Virus record (IMG/VR): IMGVR_UViG_3300032212_000692
Coordinates: 1-46,376 of that record
Length of the DNA: 46,376 bases
Source: a virus
Taxonomy: Duplodnaviria > Caudoviricetes
Strand: one strand, 5' to 3'
This document shows positions 1 through 9,333 of the stretch, piece by piece. Each line of letters opens with the position of its first letter. Positions within the stretch are counted from its first letter, which is position 1. The notes below the pieces were generated by a model that was not told the origin of the DNA, ran no database searches, and saw only the letters and a program-made list of their open reading frames with translations. The position numbers were made by a program, and so were the translations under genes.

Positions 1-759
1 TCAGTTGCTCAATGCGGCAATGATGGGTTCCGGGACAATTTGCCAAGGGAAACCATTCCACTCTTCGCCATCTAGCAGGCGGCCACCTGACTTTGGTCGC
101 GCTCCGCCCCACTGCTTGAAGAAAAAGGCAACATTGTCCCGCTCGCAGGTATTCTTGATCTGTCGGACCCAGGCTTCGGACATCGGGCGGGCACCAGGCC
201 CGCTCTCACCGCCAACAATCGCCCAGGCAACGCCCGAGAGGTCAACATCACCAACAGGGGCCAGCAGCGGCTCAAAAGAGATGAAGCGGGCTTCGCTGTT
301 GATCCGCCGGAGATGAGCGATCCGGCCATTGTGAGCGGCGTCTTCGACGGAAACCCCCAGCCAAATGTGCCCCGGCACAGAGGCAGATCCATAGCGCCCT
401 CGGACGTATTTCTCCATCAATGAACTGCGCTTGGTCAGCACCTGAAATACATGCCAATTCGCTGCCTCCATACTGTCGAAAACCTGGTCGACAAACTCAC
501 GAGGAATTTCCTTCTGGAATAGATCGCTCATCGAGTTCACGAATATCATCCGTGGTTTTTTCCAGAGCATCGGTTGCTGAAGGCGTGCAGGCCAAAGCCG
601 CAAGTCGAACCCCTGCTCATAGGGGTGATCCTCGATCCCCCGCCAGCGTTCTGCAAATCGCTCCGCATAACAATGATCGCACCCTGGGCCTACCTTGATG
701 CAGCCGGTCACGGGGTTCCAGGTCGCGTCTGTCCATTCGATTTCGGATTTTTGTGCCAT
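1..759 (-). CDS. DUF5131 / phage Gp37-Gp68 family protein (radical-SAM-like three-Cys motif)
   Basis: MAQKSEIEWTDATWNPVTGCIKVGPGCDHCYA, FVNSMSDLF, GGESG, FFFKQWGG motifs; GAGGAG RBS upstream of ATG at 759. Confidence 0.88.
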   Translation of the reverse strand: MAQKSEIEWTDATWNPVTGCIKVGPGCDHCYAERFAERWRGIEDHPYEQGFDLRLWPARLQQPMLWKKPRMIFVNSMSDLFQKEIPREFVDQVFDSMEAANWHVFQVLTKRSSLMEKYVRGRYGSASVPGHIWLGVSVEDAAHNGRIAHLRRINSEARFISFEPLLAPVGDVDLSGVAWAIVGGESGPGARPMSEAWVRQIKNTCERDNVAFFFKQWGGARPKSGGRLLDGEEWNGFPWQIVPEPIIAALSN

Positions 760-811
760 GCTGATGCTCCTCGACGCTCGAATTCTCGCACAGGTCACGC
801 CGGTTTCAAAG

Positions 812-1636
812 TCAATTGACCGTGGCGAAATTCCCCACCAACAGCTCAGCCCGCTGACCCCGCGACCCGGCCTTGGTGCCAATCGTGTAGCTGGTCGAAA
901 CCTCCCTCAGCTCGAACCCGGAAAAGATCCGGCGTATCTCGCGCGCGTCGTTGATGGACATCAGAAACCGGCCCTTAATGCCTGCCAGTTGCGCCGCCAT
1001 GCGCTCAAACTCGGCCGAGCTGAACATGCCTCGGCCGTAATCGGCCTCGTTGCCCCAGTAAGGCGGGTCGAGGTAGAAGAGCGTTCCGGGACTGTCATAG
1101 CGGGCGATGAATTCGGCATAGTCCAAGCATTCGATCACAACGCCCGAGAGGCGGCTGTGCAGTTCCTCGAGCATGGGTTCCAGAGTGGTCATGTTGAACC
1201 TGGCTGGACGGTCTTTGGAGACGCCGAAATTCCGCCCTTCGATCTTGCCCCCAAAGGCCGTTTTTTGCAGGTAGAGGAAGCGCGCGGCGCGTTCCAGATC
1301 GGTCAGCGTCTCGGGGTTGGTATCGACCAGCCGGTTGAATTCCACGCGTGTCGTGATCTGGAATTTCAGCGTGTCCAGGAACTGCGGATAATGGCGCTGC
1401 AGGATGCGGAAGAGGTTGGCCACGTCGCGGCCCAGATCGTTGATCACCTCGGCCCTCGGACGGGCACTGCGGCGCAGGAAGATGCCGCCCATGCCAACGA
1501 AGGGCTCTGCATATGTGGTGTGCGGCGTCGTCGCGATGATCGGGGTGATCACCTTGGCGAGATTGCGTTTGCCGCCTAGCCAGGGGGCCACGGGGTTGAT
1601 GGGGGCGACGGGGGTCAGAGAGGGTTTACGGGTCAT
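812..1636 (-). CDS. DNA adenine methyltransferase (Dam/D12 class), at the Mu mom position
   Basis: PWLGGKR, YAEPFVGMGG (SAM binding), EVINDL, FYLDPPY catalytic motif. Confidence 0.92.
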   Translation of the reverse strand: MTRKPSLTPVAPINPVAPWLGGKRNLAKVITPIIATTPHTTYAEPFVGMGGIFLRRSARPRAEVINDLGRDVANLFRILQRHYPQFLDTLKFQITTRVEFNRLVDTNPETLTDLERAARFLYLQKTAFGGKIEGRNFGVSKDRPARFNMTTLEPMLEELHSRLSGVVIECLDYAEFIARYDSPGTLFYLDPPYWGNEADYGRGMFSSAEFERMAAQLAGIKGRFLMSINDAREIRRIFSGFELREVSTSYTIGTKAGSRGQRAELLVGNFATVN

Positions 1637-1756
1637 TAAACAGAATCGTTCCAATTTGCCGCTGGGGAGCGGCCTTGAAACCATGTGGGTCGGCGGGGCC
1701 ATGTGATGTGGATACCCCCGTGTCGCCAGGCGTTCTCAGCGCCTGGTGGCCTCCTG

Positions 1757-2248
1757 CTACCGGGGTGGTGGGTTGAGCTGGCCATTTACGAAGGCTTCGT
1801 TCAGCCCTCTTACGCGGTAGTAGAGATCGCCCGGTGACATCGTATGCGGCGCGTGCAGGCCTAGGGCATTGCCGCTTAGTTCGGAGCAGAACCAGCTGTC
1901 GCGCAAATGGCGGCGCAGGGGCACGGTGAAGTTCATGACGATGCCGGCGTAGTCATATGGTTTGCCGATCTGGGCTGCAGCGCGTTGCCAGGCGTCGGCT
2001 GGCTGCCATCCGGTCAGGGGTAAAAACACCCATTTATCGAGACCGCAAACGATGGTTTTCTCCCGCACCCCGCCGTCGCGTGCGCTTGACGAAATCGCCC
2101 GGCATTCCCACCAGGTGGCGTCAGGCGGCGGCAGGCAATCGGCGACCAACTCGACATGGCTGAAAGGTGACCGTGTGGCGGTGCGGATCAGGCGATCAAC
2201 TGGAGTGCCGTGCCCATAGTAGAAGGCCAGGATAAGGGGCGTGCTCAT
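1757..2248 (-). CDS. permuted papain-like (YiiX/YebB-type NlpC/P60) amidase-like protein
   Basis: FSHVELV (His) precedes GKPYDY and WFCSEL (Cys), i.e. the permuted catalytic order. Confidence 0.7.
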   Translation of the reverse strand: MSTPLILAFYYGHGTPVDRLIRTATRSPFSHVELVADCLPPPDATWWECRAISSSARDGGVREKTIVCGLDKWVFLPLTGWQPADAWQRAAAQIGKPYDYAGIVMNFTVPLRRHLRDSWFCSELSGNALGLHAPHTMSPGDLYYRVRGLNEAFVNGQLNPPPR

Positions 2249-3234
2249 GCGTCTTCCTCTTTCTCATTGTCGCGTTCAGCGTCGAAGCTGGTAATCAGGC
2301 CGCTGCGGTCCAGAACATGTGCCACGCGGGTCAGGCTCCACGCGCCGGTCAATTCCGGCTTCACTCCCTGAAGGTCGATCCTGCCCTCGGCCAGCATCTC
2401 GCCATAGAAGCCGCCAAGCGAGCCGCCGATAGTACCGCTGGCGCGCCTGGAGCGCGTCAGGGCGGCCTCGGCGGCTCTCCGGGCCTCCTCCTCGTTCGGA
2501 TAGCGGTGGCGCAGGCGCAAGACCGGCTCGTCGCCGCCTGCCGTCACGGTATTGACCACGGCGCTGCCCATCTCCGACCAATTGGCCTCGACCTTGCCGT
2601 AGCGGCCCCGGCCCGTCACCTTCCAGGTCCATTCATTGAGATCGGTGCGGGTGAGGGCGACGAGCGGAATGTCCTCGCCCTCGGCGTCGCGGCCCGCGCC
2701 GCGTTTGACCACCACAAGGCGGCCTGAGACCGGCTTGGCGGTGGCATCGATGTCATTGGCCAGGCGGGTCAGAAAATGCAGATCGCTTTCGGCGGTCTGG
2801 GCGATATAGGCATAGAACGTGCCGCGCAGGGCGGGGGCAACAGCCGGGGTCAGGCCATGACGGCCCGCGATGGTGCCAACGATATCGTTCAGCGTGACAT
2901 TGTCCCAATTGCGGGTGCGCCGCGCGCGGATGCCGCCGCGCATGTCGCTGGCCTTGGCGTAGATGGTCATCTGGTCGACCGGGCCTTCGCCCGTAACCTC
3001 ATCGACCACGAACGTACCCATATCGATCAGGCCGGTTCCCCTGAAGCCCATCGCGATCTCCAGCTTGGCCCCGGTCTCGGGCAGCTCGACCCTGTAATCG
3101 CGATCATCGATCACGATCCTTGCGGCGTCGGATTTGGTGCCCGCCTCATCGGTGACGGTAAGACCCAGAAGCCGGTCGCGCATGAGCGCGGTCACATCCT
3201 CGCCATTGGCGATGATCCGGAAATCAACCTGCAT
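2245..3234 (-). CDS. P2 gpD-like late control/baseplate hub protein
   Basis: LTVTDEAGTKSD, QTAESDLHFLTRLA motifs; follows gpX. Confidence 0.88.
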   Translation of the reverse strand: MQVDFRIIANGEDVTALMRDRLLGLTVTDEAGTKSDAARIVIDDRDYRVELPETGAKLEIAMGFRGTGLIDMGTFVVDEVTGEGPVDQMTIYAKASDMRGGIRARRTRNWDNVTLNDIVGTIAGRHGLTPAVAPALRGTFYAYIAQTAESDLHFLTRLANDIDATAKPVSGRLVVVKRGAGRDAEGEDIPLVALTRTDLNEWTWKVTGRGRYGKVEANWSEMGSAVVNTVTAGGDEPVLRLRHRYPNEEEARRAAEAALTRSRRASGTIGGSLGGFYGEMLAEGRIDLQGVKPELTGAWSLTRVAHVLDRSGLITSFDAERDNEKEEDA

Positions 3235-3442
3235 CGCGCCTGCCCCAAAGGCGGATCGGCCTGGTCACAGTCTGGGCGCTCAGATCGGGCAGAAAGACCT
3301 CGCGGCCCATCGGCAAGATCGGGCCGAGCTCGGCCAGGTGCGGATTGGCGTCGTAGACGGGCTCGACCATACCCTCATTGCCGTAATGGGCCTTGCAGAT
3401 CGCATCGAGCATGTCGCCCTGGCGGGTGCGGTAAATGTTCAT
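3224..3442 (-). CDS. P2 gpX-like tail protein (LysM-like)
   Basis: MNIYRTRQGDMLDAICKAHYG...ANPHLAELGPILPMG; true start is internal to the longer track ORF. Confidence 0.88.
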   Translation of the reverse strand: MNIYRTRQGDMLDAICKAHYGNEGMVEPVYDANPHLAELGPILPMGREVFLPDLSAQTVTRPIRLWGRRDAG

Positions 3443-3840
3443 GCGCGATCCCTCCCATAGGCTTGCAGGGTGATGGAGAACTCGATTTTTTTCGGCGCGC
3501 CGTCGCGCATGAAGACGCTCTTCTTTTCCTCGACCCGCACGATCACCCATTTCTTCCAGATCCAGCCCAGGCCATCGACCATCATCATCGGTGCGCCGGT
3601 GCCCGCGCGCAGGCGCATCAGCTCGACCTGTCTCAGCCCGCCCTTGAAGTGGGGATAGATCACGCCCTCGATGGTGACCTCGTCCGCGTCGGGGCCGACA
3701 TAATGCATGGCGGGCGCGCGGCCCACGCGCTCGGCCTTGGACCAGCGATAGCCCGCGCTGCGGGTGAGCGACTGATAGGACGATCCGGTGATGCCGAACC
3801 GAAAGACGCCGAGCGCCATCATCACCATGCCGACAGCCAT
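3439..3840 (-). CDS. P2 gpU-like tail protein
   Basis: MMALGVFRF, YQSLTRSAGYRW, DGAPKKIEFSITL. Confidence 0.88.
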   Translation of the reverse strand: MAVGMVMMALGVFRFGITGSSYQSLTRSAGYRWSKAERVGRAPAMHYVGPDADEVTIEGVIYPHFKGGLRQVELMRLRAGTGAPMMMVDGLGWIWKKWVIVRVEEKKSVFMRDGAPKKIEFSITLQAYGRDRA

Positions 3841-6662
3841 CAGAAATCCACCCCGTCATGTAAATCGCCGCGCCGGTCATCCTGCAACGCCTGCAGCTGG
3901 CGGCGCACCTCGCGGCCAATGGCGGCCGGGTCCTGCCCAGGAGCCGCATTGATCACGATCTGGCCGACCTCGATTGTGGTGCTCGCCATCCGCCCGGCCG
4001 GTGCCGAAAGGGCCGGGCGGCGGTCAAGCCGGGTTTCCAGAAACTCGGTATCGGCGGCGGCCGCAACCGGCGCGCTCAATGCGGCGGCCGCCATTGCGGC
4101 GCGGATCACGCGGGTTGGCACGATGGAGCCCGAGACGCCGGGAATGAACATCTCGCGGCCACGCTCGCCCACCCAGTAAGGCATGCCCGCACGCACCGGG
4201 CCCCCTGCATCTCGCCCAGGCATTTCGCCGAATTCATCGACAGGATTGATGTATTGGTCCTGAGACAGGCTGCCGCGCTGAAGGTCGCCATTGATGAAAT
4301 CCAGAGCCCATTGCGGCATGATACCCGCCAGATAGGAGGTGATGTCGGCGACAAGCTGCGTCACCAGCGAGCGCATGCCGTCCCAGAGCGACTGAATGAG
4401 AGTGACGCCGGTATCCCAGAGGCTAAACTCGGCAAAAGCCGTAACGATTTCCTCGGGCACGCCGAGGAGTTGCATTACATAGGCGATCAATCCCTGAAGG
4501 CCTTCCGCCGCCAGAGTGAACGGGTTGAATTCCGCGAGCGCAGCAAAGACCCCGTTTAGAAGTCCTTCATCGAAGGCCGCGCGCACCACTTCGATCTTTT
4601 CCCGGAACCAGACGACGATGGCACCCCAATTGTCATAGACAGCAAGGGCGAGCGCCGCGATTGCGGTTATGGCCAGCCCTATCGGATTAGTAAGGGCTAG
4701 GCGGCCAATCAATAGAATGGCGGCGCCGATCAGTCGGATGCCGCGGACGACCCACATGACCGGACCGCGTGCCAGCCAAGCTAAGAGGCGGCCAACCGCG
4801 CGAACAGGTGCCATTGGAAAAATCCAGATCGCGCGCAGCACGACAAGTAGGGCCATGATCTTGGCCAGGCTGGCAATTAGCCCCTGATTGGCACCGCTCC
4901 AATCAAAGATGCCGGCAATGGCACCGCCAAGTGCCGTCCCTACGGTCGTGCCCCAGGCAGCCCAAGCAGTTTCGGTCGCATCAAGGGGGCCAAGAAGTTG
5001 TATCAACCAGTTCCAGAGCGTCCGCACGCTCTCGATGATGCCGTCGAGGATAGGGGCGACCGGGCCGAGAGCCTCGCGGAAGGCCGCCCAGAGATTGACA
5101 AAGAAGATCTTGAGGCCGGACCAGTTATTGTAGATCCAGAGGCCCGCCGCCGCGATGCCCGCGATCAGCAGGCCGATGCCCGAGGCAATGAACGCGGTGC
5201 GGATCGCCCAGACCGCCCCGCGCACCCAAGCCAGAGGGTTCAGAAGCGCCAACAGTGCGCCACCGAGACGCGGCAGCATGGCAATCAACCAGGATCCGCC
5301 GCGAATGAGCTGAAGCACCGGCACCAGCGAGGACAGAAGGCCCCACCGGAGCGCGATGGAGGCTGCGCGGAAGGCCAGCATGCCAAGGGCCACGCGGGCA
5401 ATGAGCTGGATCAGCTCGGGATTGACCGCAGCCCATTCCGTTATCGACGTGATGACCGGCTGGATCGCCTTGAAGAGCGCGTTGATCTCCGGCAGCAGGA
5501 TCGAGCCAATGGAGACCGACATCGCGCGGGTGAAGTTCCGCGTAATGACCAGCGCATTGGCCGTGGTCTCGGCCTGCACGCGGAACTCCTCCAACATCGA
5601 GCCCGCGTATTGGGCGGGGTCCGCGACCAGCCCAAACGCCTGGTCAAGGAGGCCCAGATTGGCAAGGAGCGGGGCAATCGCATCGGCACTCTCGCGGCCA
5701 AAGAGCTGCGTCAGCGCGGCGATCTGGGTGTATTCGGGCAGATCGGCCAGCGCGGTCATCACATCGTAGATCGCGCCCTGGGCATCGACCTGCATCCGTT
5801 CGGCCATCTCTTCGGCGTCCAGGCCGAGGCTCTGCCAGACCTCGCGTTGCGCATCGGTGGCAGAGGCACCGGCCGTCATTGTCGTGATGAGGTTCTGCAT
5901 GCCCGTCGCGGCCACTTGCGGTGCGGCTCCGCCCGCCAGGAAGGCGGCAGAGAGCGCAACAATTGATGTCTCCGTCATGCCTGCCGCCTGTGCAAAGGCC
6001 CCGTTGCGGCGCATCATCTCGACAATGCCCGGCGCGCTGGCATCCATGTTGTTCGAGAGGTAATTGACCGCATCACCCACAGCCAGCGCCTCTTGCTGGC
6101 TCATTCGCAGAGTGACGCGCCAGAGCGCCATGTTCGCGCCCGCGCTCTCGGCCGACATGTCAAAGGCCGTGCCCATCTGGGCCGCGTCGCGGGCGAATTC
6201 GATATAGGCCGCGCGCTCCTCGGCATCGGGCAACGCATCATCGATCACACCGGCCTGGCCTGCGGCCTCGATGATCGCGGCAATGCCTTCCGAGACCATC
6301 GGAATGCCGCCCGAGGTCCCCAGGGCAAGGATGTCGCGCTGCATTTCGGAAAAGCCTTCCGGCGTGTCGAAATCGACCACACGGCGCACGCCCGCCATGG
6401 CCGTCTCGAACTCGACCGCCGGGCGCAACGCCTGGTAATAGGCCGCGGCCGTTGCCGCCACGCCAATAACCTCGCTCTGCAAGGCCGCGCGGCGTTGCGC
6501 GTTGCTGGCAAGCTGGCTGTCGGCCCAGGCCATGCCGGCCTGGCCCATCCGCTCGGTTTCTTCGCCGATCTGGCGCACCAATCTGATCACCGGCCGCGCC
6601 GGGGCCGTCACCTCGTCGACAAGGCGCAGGATCAGTGCAACGTTAAGATCGGGTGTGGACAT
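3840..6662 (-). CDS. tail tape measure protein
   Basis: 940 aa, Ala-rich helical, FETAMAGVRRVVD, NPIGLAI..YDNW motifs; follows the tail chaperones. Confidence 0.92.
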   Translation of the reverse strand: MSTPDLNVALILRLVDEVTAPARPVIRLVRQIGEETERMGQAGMAWADSQLASNAQRRAALQSEVIGVAATAAAYYQALRPAVEFETAMAGVRRVVDFDTPEGFSEMQRDILALGTSGGIPMVSEGIAAIIEAAGQAGVIDDALPDAEERAAYIEFARDAAQMGTAFDMSAESAGANMALWRVTLRMSQQEALAVGDAVNYLSNNMDASAPGIVEMMRRNGAFAQAAGMTETSIVALSAAFLAGGAAPQVAATGMQNLITTMTAGASATDAQREVWQSLGLDAEEMAERMQVDAQGAIYDVMTALADLPEYTQIAALTQLFGRESADAIAPLLANLGLLDQAFGLVADPAQYAGSMLEEFRVQAETTANALVITRNFTRAMSVSIGSILLPEINALFKAIQPVITSITEWAAVNPELIQLIARVALGMLAFRAASIALRWGLLSSLVPVLQLIRGGSWLIAMLPRLGGALLALLNPLAWVRGAVWAIRTAFIASGIGLLIAGIAAAGLWIYNNWSGLKIFFVNLWAAFREALGPVAPILDGIIESVRTLWNWLIQLLGPLDATETAWAAWGTTVGTALGGAIAGIFDWSGANQGLIASLAKIMALLVVLRAIWIFPMAPVRAVGRLLAWLARGPVMWVVRGIRLIGAAILLIGRLALTNPIGLAITAIAALALAVYDNWGAIVVWFREKIEVVRAAFDEGLLNGVFAALAEFNPFTLAAEGLQGLIAYVMQLLGVPEEIVTAFAEFSLWDTGVTLIQSLWDGMRSLVTQLVADITSYLAGIMPQWALDFINGDLQRGSLSQDQYINPVDEFGEMPGRDAGGPVRAGMPYWVGERGREMFIPGVSGSIVPTRVIRAAMAAAALSAPVAAAADTEFLETRLDRRPALSAPAGRMASTTIEVGQIVINAAPGQDPAAIGREVRRQLQALQDDRRGDLHDGVDF

Positions 6663-6677
6663 GGGCCGGGTGCATCC

Positions 6678-6797
6678 TTACTTGCTTTTGCCCTCGTGCC
6701 GGATACGGGCTTTTTCACGCCAGAAAGACAGGTCCTCTAGGGACATTGCGGCCAGCTCCTCCGGTCCCCAGTGAAAGACCATGGCAATATCGGCCAT
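6678..6797 (-). CDS. P2 gpE'-like tail chaperone extension (not in ORF track; probably expressed by -1 frameshift)
   Basis: Manual translation MADIAMVFHWGPEELAAMSLEDLSFWREKARIRHEGKSK; frame is open back to the slippery site at 6870-6878. Confidence 0.85.
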   Translation of the reverse strand: MADIAMVFHWGPEELAAMSLEDLSFWREKARIRHEGKSK

Positions 6798-6823
6798 CGC
6801 ATCCTCCACTTCGGCGACCAGCT

Positions 6824-7132
6824 TCAGTTCAGTTCGTCCTGCAGTTGCTGAAGCTGGCTCTTCTGGGCGAAAAAACCCACGGTCCTCATGGACAGATCCA
6901 TCAGGTCCTCTGGGGGCAGCGCGGCCACCTGGCCCTCATCCAGGGGCGGCATGGTGATGCGCGGCAAGAGCCGGATCATGGTCGAGACATCCATCTGCAT
7001 AATGTTTGCCAGATTGAGGCCGCGCAATTCGCCGCTCACGGGCTTTCGCAGGGTGATTTTGGCAGCCTTCTTGCCGTCAATGGTGACCGGCTCTGACAGG
7101 GTGACGGTGTTTGGATCGGCAGCTTTACTCAT
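6824..7132 (-). CDS. tail assembly chaperone (P2 gpE / Mu gp41-like)
   Basis: ITLRKPVSGELRGL...RITMPPL; lies between tube and tape measure genes. Confidence 0.88.
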   Translation of the reverse strand: MSKAADPNTVTLSEPVTIDGKKAAKITLRKPVSGELRGLNLANIMQMDVSTMIRLLPRITMPPLDEGQVAALPPEDLMDLSMRTVGFFAQKSQLQQLQDELN

Positions 7133-7159
7133 GGCATTCAGGCCTCATTAAACAGTGGA

Positions 7160-7188
7160 TTAAACCGGGCGCGAAACCCCGCGCCCGG
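7160..7188 (-). terminator. hairpin / possible attenuating terminator after the tail tube gene
   Basis: CCGGGCGCG/CGCGCCCGG inverted repeat followed on the minus strand by TTTAAT. Confidence 0.5.
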
Positions 7189-7204
7189 AGGATTGGTAAG
7201 GGCC

Positions 7205-7705
7205 TCAGAAGCCCATCGCGGCGCGCTGGCCGGCCAGCTGGTCGACGCCGCCGATGATCCGCTTGCCCGCTTCCACATCGATCAGGACCAGCTCCTCGCC
7301 GTCCTTTTCCAGCCGGTAGTAATCGACTGCCAGGGTCAGCTTCAGCGGCACGTCAGAGCCGGGCTTCAGATCGGCCATGTTGGTGACGGTCCAGCGCCCG
7401 CCGATGGTGGCGATCCAGGTATCGGCGGTGTCGTCATGCTCGCCTTGGGCCACCGGGCGCAATGTCATGCGCCGGCGCGTGGCGAACATCTTGATCAGCT
7501 CGGGCGGCCATTCGGCGAGTGTCACCTCGGCGGTCATCGCCTCCATGCCCATGTCAATGGCGATGGGGGCGTCCATGCCGCCACCGCGATGGTTGGCGGT
7601 CTGGAGCTTCAGCTCGGGCATCTTCGCGTCAACGGCGCGCCCGGCGTAAGAAACGCCGTCGATAAAGGCGTTGAAATTACGGATTGTGCGGGGGTATTGC
7701 TGCAT
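7205..7705 (-). CDS. contractile tail tube protein (P2 FII-like)
   Basis: PRTIRNFNAFIDG, HRGGGMDAPIAIDMGME, IIGGVDQL. Confidence 0.92.
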   Translation of the reverse strand: MQQYPRTIRNFNAFIDGVSYAGRAVDAKMPELKLQTANHRGGGMDAPIAIDMGMEAMTAEVTLAEWPPELIKMFATRRRMTLRPVAQGEHDDTADTWIATIGGRWTVTNMADLKPGSDVPLKLTLAVDYYRLEKDGEELVLIDVEAGKRIIGGVDQLAGQRAAMGF

Positions 7706-7720
7706 GGTTCATATCCTCCT

Positions 7721-8902
7721 TCAGGCAGCCTGGCTGACCTGGGCGATCAGCTCGTCGTAATAGTCGCCATTGCGATGGGCGCGGAACACGAGGTGCTCCA
7801 GCGGCGCGGGCGGCTCAAAGTCGAAATCGAGATAGAGCTTGCCCGCCTTCAGCGTGGTCTCGGTGTTCAGCTCAGGATCGATCCAGCACCTGAACCCCAA
7901 AAGCGCGCCCTGGTTGACGAGGTTCTGACCGAAGGCCTGAACACCATCGCGGATATCGAGGAAGAGCTGCGCCGACATGGGCCGGTCCATGGCCCAGAGA
8001 TGCGCCTGCTCGATGCTCTCATAGAGGATGTCGGCGGTGCGGCGCACGGACAGGAAGGCCCATTGCGCATCCGCCCCGGCACCCCGGTTGCCCCAAAGCC
8101 GGAAGCCATTGCGCTGCACGATGGTCGCGACCTCGGCCTCGTTCATCCGGTTGGCCTCGGTCTCGGTCGAGTTGATCTGGAACGACACCGGCCGGGCCGT
8201 GCCGGTGATGCCGCCCACCACCTGGTTGGAGGGCGACCACCAGAAACCTTTCTCGATGTCGCGGCGCGCAATCAGCCCGGCGACATAACCGGAGGCGGGC
8301 CGCGTGACATAGGCCGCCGCATCGGTGTCGTAGACCTGCACGGCCGGATCAACGATGAAGAGCCGGTCCGAGCCCCATTTCGCGCGCATGGTGAGCGCGT
8401 CAGTCTCGTTGGTGTTGGGTCCGTCCGCGATGACCACCGCGCGGATCTTGTCGGCGATGGTGATCAGGTTGGTGGTCACCGGATTGGCCGGATCGGCCGC
8501 AGGCGACGAGGTGAAACCCGGTGCCGCCAGAATGCGGGGCGTGAGACCCAGAACACTTTGGGCATCCTCCAGTGCCCAGGTGCCGGTGCGCGCGGTGGCG
8601 TCACCGACCACATTGGCCAATGTCGCGGCGGCGTCGACACCTTCGGGCACGATGACCATGATGGCGACATTTACGCCCTGGGCGTAAAGCGCATCATAGG
8701 CATCCTTGAGGGTGCTGTCCGCGCCCAGCAGTGCCGCCTTGCGCGGCCCCTCGATCAGGGTGGGCGTGTTCTCGGCAAAACTCGCATCGGCATTGGGCGC
8801 GGTGCCCACAAGGCCGATGACCGATGACTTGACGGTGCGAATGGGGCGAATGCCGTCGTCGATCTGGACGACCTCGACGCCATGAAGAAACTGCTCGGGC
8901 AT
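7721..8902 (-). CDS. contractile tail sheath protein (P2 FI-like)
   Basis: FLHGVEV, PRILAAPGF, GFWWSPSN, GFRLWGNR, PPAPLEHL. Confidence 0.94.
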   Translation of the reverse strand: MPEQFLHGVEVVQIDDGIRPIRTVKSSVIGLVGTAPNADASFAENTPTLIEGPRKAALLGADSTLKDAYDALYAQGVNVAIMVIVPEGVDAAATLANVVGDATARTGTWALEDAQSVLGLTPRILAAPGFTSSPAADPANPVTTNLITIADKIRAVVIADGPNTNETDALTMRAKWGSDRLFIVDPAVQVYDTDAAAYVTRPASGYVAGLIARRDIEKGFWWSPSNQVVGGITGTARPVSFQINSTETEANRMNEAEVATIVQRNGFRLWGNRGAGADAQWAFLSVRRTADILYESIEQAHLWAMDRPMSAQLFLDIRDGVQAFGQNLVNQGALLGFRCWIDPELNTETTLKAGKLYLDFDFEPPAPLEHLVFRAHRNGDYYDELIAQVSQAA

Positions 8903-8920
8903 GGTTCTTGTCCTTTCCGT

Positions 8921-9322
8921 TTAGAAGTTGGCGATCATGTCCTGTGCCTCGTCGGGCACATCGGGCCAGGCGGCGTCGGCGGTGAAGTCGGCGTCGGGAT
9001 CGGCGGCGAGGGTGGCGATGGTCAGGCGCATGGCGGCGACCCAGCCGATAGCGGCCTCCGCACCCACGAGCGTGGCTTTTTCAGCGTCGCTCCGGGCGCT
9101 GGCTGCCTTGCCCGAGATCACGGCGGTCGCAGCCGCCATGTTCATCTGCGCCTCGGACGACGCCACGGCATAAATGCGGCGGCGCGTTTCGGCCTTGATC
9201 GCGGCCAGCCGCTGGTCGGTCAGGGCGGCGTCGATGATCGCCTGCGGCACACCGGCTTCCAGCGCGTCCGCGACGGTCCAGTTCACCAGGGTCCGCCCGT
9301 CATAGTCAAATGTCAGTGTCAT
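8921..9322 (-). CDS. tail fibre assembly/chaperone-like protein
   Basis: Follows the fibre genes; C-terminal DAAWPDVP motif typical of fibre-associated small proteins. Confidence 0.55.
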   Translation of the reverse strand: MTLTFDYDGRTLVNWTVADALEAGVPQAIIDAALTDQRLAAIKAETRRRIYAVASSEAQMNMAAATAVISGKAASARSDAEKATLVGAEAAIGWVAAMRLTIATLAADPDADFTADAAWPDVPDEAQDMIANF

Positions 9323-9333
9323 GGTTTCTGCCC

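Noticed and set aside
760-811. Distal prophage end between the methylase and DUF5131
   Set aside because: No GTCCCA/TGGGAC motifs or ACGGT duplication; the gap is short and contains an RBS.
7148-7163. CtrA box in the tail operon
   Set aside because: The TTAA half-sites are 8 nt apart rather than 7 and are not in a promoter context.
7193-8827. Long antisense ORFs (e.g. 7193-8827 +, 2776-4179 +, 40146-42143 -, 44887-46149 -)
   Set aside because: Shadow frames of real high-GC genes, with no recognisable motifs.
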